Below are positions 18,901 to 26,391 of a stretch of DNA of 28,335 nucleotides, piece after piece. The translations under genes and the position numbers were made by a program. Position 1 is the first letter of the stretch, and every line of letters starts with the position of its first letter. Source of the DNA: a virus (taxonomy: Duplodnaviria; Caudoviricetes); IMG/VR virus record IMGVR_UViG_3300031951_000945, positions 1 through 28,335 of that record; one strand, 5' to 3'. The notes beneath the pieces are model-generated. The model was not told the origin of the DNA. It searched no databases and saw nothing but the letters and a program-made list of their open reading frames with translations.

Positions 18901-20301
18901 AATAGAAGTCAAACACCAAATGGTAGCGTAACATATTACCAAGTTCCTGGAGTACAACCAAATCAAAACGTAAGTATTGGTGGTGGATCTGGTGGACTAG
19001 CAGTACTTCTTAATCCAGAAACAAATAACGGATATTATTTTGAAATTGTTGCATTAACAGAAGAAAATATAAATTCTTACTTAAAATTAGATAATCAAGG
19101 TAAGTCTAATATATCAATCAACAATGTTGTATTTTATAAAATTAAAAAAGATTCATCTAATAACAATGCAATTCCTGTAAAACTTTGGGGTGGGCTATCA
19201 AAAATAATTGTTGATGATGGAAGATTTACTGGACAATATAGAACAACTGGAGAACAAAATCCAACAGTATATGATTTAGCAGTAGAATATGAAGATATTG
19301 GAAGAACAAGAAGATTTTATTTATATATAAATAATAAGTTAATAAAAGTTGTTGACGATACAGATCCACTTCCAACATATAATAATATTGCAACATTTGT
19401 TCGTGGATCATCTAGATGCATGTTTGAAAATATATATGCTCTTTCAGAAAACTATTCTCAAAATACAGTATTCACAGTAGGCGAAACAGTTTCTTCTGTT
19501 TTTGGAGATAAAGAAATAGATGCAAATGAATCATTTAGAAAATATGGAATGAGTGGAATAGTTAAGTCAACATATTTATCTGGAATAAGTTCTCAACAGC
19601 CACCAAAATATAATATGTATTTTGAAGAGTTTGGATCAATTATGAGAGAATGTGCCTATTTTGATATTAAGTATGATCGTGCATACCCTGCTCTTTATGC
19701 TCAACTTTCACCGACATTTAACAGAATAAAAGGATATACAACATCTGGATTTTATGCAGATTCTTATGGTGCAGAGTTTTTAATATTTAACTCCACAGAT
19801 ACATCATTAAACCTTGATGAAACTACTGGTAATTATTTAAGAATTCAGGGAATAACATTTACACAAGATACAACACATGAATTAACAGTTGATGAATATT
19901 TTAAGAAAAAAGGAAATCTTGCCAACCAAGAACTTGTTGGGTCCTCATTGGTTACATCTAGTTTAGTATTAAAAGAAAAATTTGATAAAATCAAACTAAG
20001 TAGAATGATATATGGAAATAATGAATTTACACTACAAACGCCATACATACAAACACAAGACGATGCAGAAAGTTTAATGGGTTGGTTAACGGATAAATTA
20101 ATGGAACCAAAAAAGGCTATTGGAATAAAAATATTTGCAAACCCAATGATTCAATTAGGAGACATAGTAAATATTAATTATAAAAATATTGATGGAGTTG
20201 ATCTGGTAACACAAGAAGATACAAAATTTATAGTATACAATATTGAATATTCAAGAAGATTAACTGGCCCAGATATGACAGCATATTTGGTGGAGGTATA
20301 A
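15988..20301 (+). CDS. Large tail tip/baseplate hub protein (Tal-like), 1437 aa
   Basis: After Dit. Hub-like motifs QTVAEVLNQLAVSTQSAMFFDEYNNFIV and C-terminal NPMIQLGDIVNI; beta-rich, with a probable inserted lectin-like domain. Confidence 0.65.
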   Translation: MFESTELKNHFETSATVRTESLVLAEWNMNMPDNIYKLGNYRYRSQEPNSQFLTLLNTFDNADTGNFYTGATDADVIIDGGFENNGTPQVFTSIKEKNKLLYSLEDCVKPFRPRSGINKATFFNGKYLSNSGSELARRPRYYMPSRYDQFKYWTSFRTESGTERGIANITVNGNYYIDDAVPFVVYKENIPANRIVIKMQTNVGDVDLGTFTDISKTFADPFFGNNNKTTPTRWKIQYLNENNWTDAYVFNENDLREDGTQIIKNDGYVELQYGLTNIPDKFKDTFIIAETLSSSTLLPTVSITGYSYLVIENSEDVGTFYVWNGTTNEYETFIPSYGWILGNEEINNKTTFVKDLTNPAYFKEGINGNTVYREFQNIRGIRVAVERMNKFESTFDLIEMSPRLVVDISDKVIEYSVKKILSDLGNSALPVGQLLASTGSLSLFDDDQAFNDNNTASIVKDYIRKNIKFNFYEKILNVEGFDYWVPIKTLYSDGFPQADITAGTLQLQLRDFYFFLESMPAPRILTTETSLSYAISLLLDYVGFSNYVFYRETNEPEPIIPFFFIAPDQTVAEVLNQLAVSTQSAMFFDEYNNFIVMSKNYMLPTSREIDITLSGSTNQSQSGIIENQTSGTLPNIISIASKDKKVYNNGKINYTSRYIQRSYGSIRQSSMIDKEKTWIYKPSLLWEVSGTDSTKTINEIASKQGKYVLGAMPLNSDLPAVVPTVVNHEIINNIMDLGENVYWLTRYQGYFYSNGEVIKYDAAEFNVTGIGNVWISSNQEYQNYFKSIPFNGKIYPTGLIRIYTVPYFETVDGITRLQNGEVSEHGRKQFGTEIAEHFAGINPYWSNNDYVKGCEMQSQYLFTTTLLEDISLPATSLGAAGVNNTKARQTSRGGTIKNFMSSSHITETTVNNNISTQSGTVQSSALVMNGPSFTTTETPINLVSYVYKELNNSYKHFGARVRVIGKIENNENRSQTPNGSVTYYQVPGVQPNQNVSIGGGSGGLAVLLNPETNNGYYFEIVALTEENINSYLKLDNQGKSNISINNVVFYKIKKDSSNNNAIPVKLWGGLSKIIVDDGRFTGQYRTTGEQNPTVYDLAVEYEDIGRTRRFYLYINNKLIKVVDDTDPLPTYNNIATFVRGSSRCMFENIYALSENYSQNTVFTVGETVSSVFGDKEIDANESFRKYGMSGIVKSTYLSGISSQQPPKYNMYFEEFGSIMRECAYFDIKYDRAYPALYAQLSPTFNRIKGYTTSGFYADSYGAEFLIFNSTDTSLNLDETTGNYLRIQGITFTQDTTHELTVDEYFKKKGNLANQELVGSSLVTSSLVLKEKFDKIKLSRMIYGNNEFTLQTPYIQTQDDAESLMGWLTDKLMEPKKAIGIKIFANPMIQLGDIVNINYKNIDGVDLVTQEDTKFIVYNIEYSRRLTGPDMTAYLVEV

Positions 20302-20302
20302 A

Positions 20303-21106
20303 ATGGCTGGAGCCTATGATGATGGAGTAAGAGGTAGTGCCTCAATAACTGCTGCACCAGCCACATCAAATTTTAGTGCTGCAGAAAAAGCATTTAATAA
20401 AGCATCTGTTGCAATGGATAAAGTTTTGGCTAATCCAAAAGCAACACAAAAACAAATTATTAATGCTATGGATAAACTTAATGCTGCAACAGATAAATAT
20501 GCAAATGCTCTTTTAAATAAAATTGATACACAGTCAAGTTCTAGTTCTGGACCTGTTTCTGTTCCAGACACCTTTATTCCAACAGAAAATTCAGGGATTT
20601 TTTCTAGCAGCAATCTAACAGCAACACCATCATCTCCAGAGCCAGATCCCATAATAGTACAAGCAGTACCAGTAAAAACAGCAACTCCAGACATTATATT
20701 ATTTGATGATAGTGCATTACCAATAGAGGTAATGTCAGATCTTATTTTTGAAAATATTGGTGGTCAAGAATTAATTAGCATTACAAGGTCTGATATTGTT
20801 AATGGACAAAAAATATCTTATCAACCAATTAAAAATCTATCATCTATTCAACAACAATATAATCCAAATAATATTTTAGGTCTTCAGCAGACTGCAAATA
20901 GATTTTTTGCTGGATTTTCAATTAAACTAGAAGACAAAATACCAGAAGTTGGAAACGGCATAAATGGTGAAAATGTCTATTTTGATGAAACAACTGGAGA
21001 TCTTATTATTGAGTTTGTTAATTTAAACAATGATGAACAAATAGAAACTCAAATAACAGTAAATGGTACAATATATGAAGCGGATCTTGGAGACTACACG
21101 TCATGA
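20303..21106 (+). CDS. Minor tail protein (N-terminal helical hairpin, Ser/Pro linker, C-terminal domain)
   Basis: SD GGAGG 20292-20296; in tail-tip cluster; function by synteny only. Confidence 0.5.
   Translation: MAGAYDDGVRGSASITAAPATSNFSAAEKAFNKASVAMDKVLANPKATQKQIINAMDKLNAATDKYANALLNKIDTQSSSSSGPVSVPDTFIPTENSGIFSSSNLTATPSSPEPDPIIVQAVPVKTATPDIILFDDSALPIEVMSDLIFENIGGQELISITRSDIVNGQKISYQPIKNLSSIQQQYNPNNILGLQQTANRFFAGFSIKLEDKIPEVGNGINGENVYFDETTGDLIIEFVNLNNDEQIETQITVNGTIYEADLGDYTS
21064..21072 (+). promoter_or_regulatory. Candidate extended -10 promoter (TGGTACAAT) inside a gene 3' end
   Basis: TGnTAnAAT 30 nt upstream of ATG 21103, with GGAG at 21089-21092. Confidence 0.45.
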
Positions 21107-22248
21107 TAACTAATACTGGTAAGACAATTATTGCTAAATATTTGCTTGGTCAAGCACCAGCATATGCATCTTATCTTGCCATAGGTTGTGGAGCAACCCC
21201 ACTTACTACTGGAGATCCACTTGGAAACTATTCATCAAAAAATAATTTAGATTTTGAAATGTTTAGAGTTCCTATTTCTTCAAGGGGATTTGTTAATGAG
21301 GGTGGGTTAGATAAAATTGTATTAACAGCAGAACTACCAACAGAAGAAAGATATGAAATTTCTGAAGTAGGAATATATTCTGCTGGATCAAACCCATCTG
21401 CTGGAGCATTTGATAGTAAAACAGTATTTGCTTTTACACAAACAGAAAATTGGCAACACCATACGGCATCTGCAGCAGTTGCAATTGATACATTTTCTGC
21501 AGCACTTGATGAGCCAGAATACGATAATATTATTGCTGTTGCAGATCCAGTTTTTCAAACAAACTCAGACAATCCAATATTTTTTAAATCTCCAAGAGTT
21601 GAACGATATGAAAGACCAAGGTTTTTAAATAATATAATAATGATTGAAGGTGATGACGCAAATCTAACAATAGAAACAGATAGTGGTCCATCACAAGACC
21701 ATTTTGTAGTTGAGCCTGGATCAAACCATATACATTTAACTGGCGCTAATGTTGATTTTACTAAAAACTCTCCAGTAGATGAACTAAGATTGGCATTTTC
21801 ATTGATTTCAAAAGATGGCTCGTCTGTTATAGTTCCAGATTCCGTAAGGGTTATGGTTGAGTTTGCATCAACAGAAACAGAAGTTGCAGAATATGCTAGA
21901 TTTGAGGCAGAAGTTGTTGATGATAGCAGTGGTGGTGCATATGACTTTTCTACAGAAAGATATTTCGTTGTAACAAAACAATTACAAGAGTTATATACAA
22001 GCGCTAACTTTACATGGAATGCTGTAACTGTTGTAAAAATATATGCATCTGTAATAAAAGATGATGCTCCATCAAATAATTTTTATGTTGCGCTTGATGC
22101 TTTAAGGTTTGAAAATATAGCAACTCAAAATCCACTATATGGTTTAACTGGATACTCAGTAATACAAAACTCAACAGCATCAACTATTGTTAAAAATCCA
22201 AATACTAGCAATTATATTGAATTTAGATTTTCAGTCGGTGTTTCATAA
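21103..22248 (+). CDS. Minor tail/baseplate protein with tail-collar-like N-terminus
   Basis: MITNTGKTIIAKYLLG...YLAIGCG and ISEVGIYS resemble the ITxxG...A+GxG...I.E+G+ pattern of tail collar/fibre-attachment domains; ATGA overlap. Confidence 0.55.
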   Translation: MITNTGKTIIAKYLLGQAPAYASYLAIGCGATPLTTGDPLGNYSSKNNLDFEMFRVPISSRGFVNEGGLDKIVLTAELPTEERYEISEVGIYSAGSNPSAGAFDSKTVFAFTQTENWQHHTASAAVAIDTFSAALDEPEYDNIIAVADPVFQTNSDNPIFFKSPRVERYERPRFLNNIIMIEGDDANLTIETDSGPSQDHFVVEPGSNHIHLTGANVDFTKNSPVDELRLAFSLISKDGSSVIVPDSVRVMVEFASTETEVAEYARFEAEVVDDSSGGAYDFSTERYFVVTKQLQELYTSANFTWNAVTVVKIYASVIKDDAPSNNFYVALDALRFENIATQNPLYGLTGYSVIQNSTASTIVKNPNTSNYIEFRFSVGVS

Positions 22249-22748
22249 TGGCTGACTCTGGAATTAAAAAAGCAAGAATCGTTCAAACAAACCTACCACC
22301 AATTAATTCAGAAATTGAAGGGTACTCTGTAAGATATAGAATTGTATCCGACGACAAAAACAGAACATCTCAGTGGTCTCCAGTAATTAAAATGCAACCA
22401 GACTATACATATGTTTCTGGAACGTCTTCATTTAATAAGGCAGGAAGCGTTGGAACCCTTGTTTGGGACTCAGTTTCAATACAAAAAAATGGTGATGAAA
22501 TTAGAAAAGCGCATGAATTTGATATTTGGTTAAAATGGGACAGAAGCGATAATGGTGACTGGCTATATAAACAAAGAATTGACGGAGGAAGTATTTCTTT
22601 TCCAATTCCTAATACATATACTATTGGTGGAACTGTTCAAGGATCATCCCCAAACAGGCTAACTGCAGAAATATATTTAAAAGGAACTCCAATTACAAGA
22701 GACTCTTCTTTTTTATTGGTTTATACAAGTGGACCACACACTGTTTAA
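22248..22748 (+). CDS. Minor tail protein, beta-sandwich (FN3-like)
   Basis: YSVRYRIVSDDKNRTSQWSP and TLVWDSV resemble FN3 strand motifs; TAATG coupling. Confidence 0.45.
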   Translation: MADSGIKKARIVQTNLPPINSEIEGYSVRYRIVSDDKNRTSQWSPVIKMQPDYTYVSGTSSFNKAGSVGTLVWDSVSIQKNGDEIRKAHEFDIWLKWDRSDNGDWLYKQRIDGGSISFPIPNTYTIGGTVQGSSPNRLTAEIYLKGTPITRDSSFLLVYTSGPHTV

Positions 22749-22769
22749 TGATATACTTTAATAGGAGGA
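22749..22769 (+). promoter_or_regulatory. Extended -10 promoter (TGATATACT) and strong RBS (AGGAGGA)
   Basis: TGATATACT 22749-22757; AGGAGGA 22763-22769; ATG 22774. Confidence 0.6.
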
Positions 22770-22773
22770 AATA

Positions 22774-23214
22774 ATGGCAAAAGTACCGTTACCAGAAAGA
22801 GGTCAGCCACTAGATGTTACATATCTATATCAGTTGGTTGAGGCCGTAAATGACTTATCTACACAGGTTTCATCAGCAACATATAACTATACAACAGTAG
22901 ATACTGTTAGTGCTGGTGCACAAAATGTCAAAACATCTGAAACAAGAATAATTGGTGGATACGTTGAAGTTGCAAACAACTCAACTGTGTCTGCTGGAAA
23001 CGAAAAGCCATTTACCTATGATTTTAGTGATTTTAAATATGCTCCAATAGTTTCAGCAACTGCAGTTAATATTGGACAAACACCAGCAGGACAAAATGTA
23101 AATGTAATTCTAAAAACTGTAACAACTTCAAGAATTGAAGGCGTTGTAAGATTTGGAACTTCTGGCGACTTATCATTAGCAGTACATTTAGTTATTGTTG
23201 GAATTCCAAACTAA
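22774..23214 (+). CDS. Small tail fibre/receptor-binding-like protein (H-type lectin-like C-terminus)
   Basis: FTYDFSDFKYAPIVSATA...KTVTTSRIEG...VHLVIVG resembles the F..F...P.V...T...+.+A+G pattern of H-lectin-like fibre-tip domains; last gene of tail cluster. Confidence 0.5.
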   Translation: MAKVPLPERGQPLDVTYLYQLVEAVNDLSTQVSSATYNYTTVDTVSAGAQNVKTSETRIIGGYVEVANNSTVSAGNEKPFTYDFSDFKYAPIVSATAVNIGQTPAGQNVNVILKTVTTSRIEGVVRFGTSGDLSLAVHLVIVGIPN

Positions 23215-23229
23215 GGACAAAAATTAATA

Positions 23230-23421
23230 ATGCTTAATTGCAAAAAATGCAATGGCAGACTATTTATTGATAGACAATATAGTGGTTTGCAACATATAGA
23301 AACCTATTGTGTGGTATGTGGATCAAGAACTTTTTATCATCCACCAACAGAAAGCGAAGAAGGCAGATGGTTACTGGCAAAGGAATTATTCAGAGCGAAG
23401 CATACAATAACTCAACTGTAA
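23230..23421 (+). CDS. Small zinc-ribbon protein (Cx2C-x19-Cx2C)
   Basis: CKKC...CVVCG; AAGGA at 23213-23217 upstream. Confidence 0.7.
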   Translation: MLNCKKCNGRLFIDRQYSGLQHIETYCVVCGSRTFYHPPTESEEGRWLLAKELFRAKHTITQL

Positions 23422-23909
23422 TTAAAGGAAATCAAAAAATATGGTTTCTTAATGGTGATCTTGTTAGACTGCACCATAGTTCAAGATCTACTGGTTTGGT
23501 TTCTGTTTATAATATCACTAAAGATAGACTTGAAACATGTCTTCGTGTAGATTTTAGAAAAAATAGAGAACGAGCATACACAGTGGCAGAGACTGCTAAA
23601 TTAATTAATCGTCATAGAAAATATATGCCGAAACTAATTAAGACTGGAATGATTCCACCACCAGTTGGAGCAAAGATAAATGGTGAACGTGGTTTTAGAA
23701 TAAGATCTTATTATTCAGAAAGCATGGTTAGGGACATACGTGCTATACTGGCTACTATACATATAGGACAACCAAGAAAAGATGGACTAATAACAAATAA
23801 TATGACTCCTACAAGCCAAGAATTGACAAGGCGTATGGGAGACGGTATACTTACATATACGAAGACAGAAGATGGTAGGTTTATTCCTGTGTGGGCAGAG
23901 AATATTTAA
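23367..23909 (+). CDS. DNA-binding protein with MerR/Xis-like helix-turn-helix
   Basis: AYTVAETAKLINRHRKYMPKLIKTGMIPPP...RSYYSESMVRDI. ATG 23367 (after GAAGG) preferred to 23307. Confidence 0.65.
   Translation: MVTGKGIIQSEAYNNSTVIKGNQKIWFLNGDLVRLHHSSRSTGLVSVYNITKDRLETCLRVDFRKNRERAYTVAETAKLINRHRKYMPKLIKTGMIPPPVGAKINGERGFRIRSYYSESMVRDIRAILATIHIGQPRKDGLITNNMTPTSQELTRRMGDGILTYTKTEDGRFIPVWAENI
23823..23851 (+). promoter_or_regulatory. Consensus sigma70/SigA promoter TTGACA-17-TATACT inside the HTH gene
   Basis: TTGACA 23823-23828, 17-nt spacer, TATACT 23846-23851; upstream of the helicase-primase run. Confidence 0.8.
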
Positions 23910-23927
23910 TACAAGAAATGGTGGGGT

Positions 23928-24140
23928 ATGGAAGAAAATAACAGCACAAAAGTATCAGCAACATTAGGATATACATTAAACTTAGGAAATTTCCAGTCAT
24001 TAAGAGTTGATCTTGGGGTAGTAGACCAAGTGCGCCAGGGTGAAACAACTGTAGATGCAATGGATCGTGTTTATACTTTTGTTGAAAATCAAGTTATTCA
24101 AAAGGTAAAAGACGCAAAAGAATCACTCATAGAAGACTAA
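23928..24140 (+). CDS. Hypothetical protein (70 aa, LNLGNFQSLRVD motif)
   Basis: Fills the gap with a purine-rich RBS (GGTGGGG); two beta strands plus helix pattern. Confidence 0.7.
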   Translation: MEENNSTKVSATLGYTLNLGNFQSLRVDLGVVDQVRQGETTVDAMDRVYTFVENQVIQKVKDAKESLIED

Positions 24141-24141
24141 T

Positions 24142-24450
24142 ATGGCTGAACGCAAAGACCGTATGGCTTTGCTAAGTAGATATAATAAGTTACATCTACA
24201 AAGATATGAAGCCAAGTCTAATATGAATCTTAATGTTGAGCAGTGGGCTGCAGATGCCCTTGTTGAGTCATATGGCATTTCTCAATGTTATGATTTATTA
24301 GATTATTACTTTAAGATAGCAGAAGGTCCTACTTGGAATTATTTTGCATACAATGCAGAAAAAATTCTTAATGGTAAACTAGAAGTAGAGCAAGATATTG
24401 AGGAAAGAAAACAGCGCAGGGAACTAGCAAGGAAGTGGATTAGTGAATAA
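24142..24450 (+). CDS. Hypothetical helical protein, possible helicase accessory
   Basis: Tightly coupled to and overlapping the helicase start; function from position only. Confidence 0.65.
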   Translation: MAERKDRMALLSRYNKLHLQRYEAKSNMNLNVEQWAADALVESYGISQCYDLLDYYFKIAEGPTWNYFAYNAEKILNGKLEVEQDIEERKQRRELARKWISE

Positions 24451-25666
24451 TACAGAGGCAAAGTTAATTACAGCAGTATTAAATGATAAACAAATTCACG
24501 TATTGTTACAAGCCAATGTTGATAATCTTTTAAGAACTCATAGCGATGTTTGGAATTTTATTAGACAGTATTCAGAAAATAATCAATCAGTTCCACCAAC
24601 ATCATTAGTTGTAGAAAAATTTAGAGACTTTACTCCAGTAGAAGGGGTTGGTGCAACAAAACATCATCTTGAAGAATTACAATCAGAATATTTAAATGAT
24701 AGCCTTAAAGATATTTTACGTAATGCAGCAGGTGAAGTTCAAAGTGGCAATGGCAATAACGCCCTAGAACATTTAATTACTAAGACATCAGAACTTAAAA
24801 AGAATACTGCTGCAATTAGAGATATTGAAGTAACAGATATTGACTCTGCAGTTGCCTACTTTGAAAATGTAAAAAAAATGCAGGATCTTGGACAGGTTGG
24901 AATTAAAACTGGATTGCCAGGGTTTGATAACTACCTACCTTCTGGAATTATGCCTGGGCAGTTAGGCGTATTCCTTGCATATCCAGGTATTGGAAAGTCA
25001 TGGTTGGCTTTGTATTTTGCTGTACAGGCTTGGAAACAGGGTCGTAGTCCACTTATTATAAGTCTTGAAATGTCTGAAACAGAAGTACGCAATCGTGTAT
25101 TTGCAATTATGGGTGAAGGGCTTTGGTCTCACCGCAAACTTAGTAATGGTGAAGTAGAAATTGATATGCTTAAAAAGTGGCATGCTGATAAATTGCAGGG
25201 TAAACCAGAATTTCATATTATTTCTAATGACAGTGGTGGAGAAGTAACTCCTTCAGTTATACGTGGAAAGATTGATCAGTATAAGCCAGACTTTGTTGTT
25301 GTTGACTATTTACAACTTATGTCTCCAAACCAAAAATCTGATAATGAAACTGTACGAATGAAAAACCTTTCACGAGAACTTAAACTTATGTCTATTAGCG
25401 AAGAGGTTCCAATTATGGCTATTTCTTCTGCTACACCAGATGATGTTAAGGATTTATCAACACCGCCAACATTGGGTCAGACTGCATGGTCAAGACAAAT
25501 TGCTTACGATGCTGACTGGGTAATGGCTCTTGGTCGTGCTACGAATAGTGATATTATTGAGTGCGTATTTAGAAAAAATAGAAATGGCTTTATGGGGGAC
25601 TTCTTGGTTCAAGTAGACTTTGATAGAGGATACTATCGCTACAAGGATTATGAGGATAATAAATAA
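24443..25666 (+). CDS. dnaB: Replicative DnaB-like (SF4) DNA helicase
   Basis: Walker A AYPGIGKS, ISLEMS, Walker B VVVDYLQLM, SRELKLM, IAYDADWV, KNRNG; GTG start. Confidence 0.93.
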   Translation: MNNTEAKLITAVLNDKQIHVLLQANVDNLLRTHSDVWNFIRQYSENNQSVPPTSLVVEKFRDFTPVEGVGATKHHLEELQSEYLNDSLKDILRNAAGEVQSGNGNNALEHLITKTSELKKNTAAIRDIEVTDIDSAVAYFENVKKMQDLGQVGIKTGLPGFDNYLPSGIMPGQLGVFLAYPGIGKSWLALYFAVQAWKQGRSPLIISLEMSETEVRNRVFAIMGEGLWSHRKLSNGEVEIDMLKKWHADKLQGKPEFHIISNDSGGEVTPSVIRGKIDQYKPDFVVVDYLQLMSPNQKSDNETVRMKNLSRELKLMSISEEVPIMAISSATPDDVKDLSTPPTLGQTAWSRQIAYDADWVMALGRATNSDIIECVFRKNRNGFMGDFLVQVDFDRGYYRYKDYEDNK

Positions 25667-26391
25667 TGAAAAAAATTATTTTTGAAGCAGCAGAACCGTA
25701 TGTTGATATTCTTTTAGAAAAGCCAGAGCCATCAACAAATAAAGTTCCAAAATGGTATCGTGATCAAAAACTTTTTTCAAATAAAGAATCAGACTACTTT
25801 AAAGCATTTAAAAAAAATAATAATGTATCACTAACATATAAACTTTGTGTTCCAATAATAGATACTCTTACAATGGGGTATACACTTGTAAATTCAGCAG
25901 ATGTTTTAGTAAAAAATGTATCTGAAGATATTACAAAATATGAACCTTTTATAAGGTGGGACACTGCTTTTAGTCCTTTAGATAGTCAGTCAGCAGAAAT
26001 GCTTGGTAACTACCCAATTCCAACTGGGTATCATAGCACTTCTTTTAGATGGACCAATGATTGGAAAATTATTACTCCGTCAGGATATAGTTTATTATTA
26101 ATGCACCCAAGCCAAAGACATGATCTTCCATTTTTTACATTAACCGCCATTGTTGACACAGATAAGTTTCCAAACAAACTTCATTTGCCATTTTTTATTA
26201 AAGAAGGGTTTGAAGGAATTATTGAAGCAGGAACACCTATTGCTCAGATTATTCCAATAAAAAGAGATGTTTGGAAATCTGAAAAAAAATCGTTTCAAGA
26301 AAAAACTCATATTCTTTACAATAATGCTATGCAAATTAATTTTATAAGAGCCTACAAAAATAAGATTTGGTCTAGAAAGGTATATAGGTAA
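25666..26391 (+). CDS. Accessory protein with degenerate dUTPase-like motifs (possibly DUF6065-like)
   Basis: TPSGYSLLLMHP, AIVDTD and GTPIAQII resemble trimeric dUTPase motifs II-IV; inserted between helicase and primase. Confidence 0.5.
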   Translation: MKKIIFEAAEPYVDILLEKPEPSTNKVPKWYRDQKLFSNKESDYFKAFKKNNNVSLTYKLCVPIIDTLTMGYTLVNSADVLVKNVSEDITKYEPFIRWDTAFSPLDSQSAEMLGNYPIPTGYHSTSFRWTNDWKIITPSGYSLLLMHPSQRHDLPFFTLTAIVDTDKFPNKLHLPFFIKEGFEGIIEAGTPIAQIIPIKRDVWKSEKKSFQEKTHILYNNAMQINFIRAYKNKIWSRKVYR

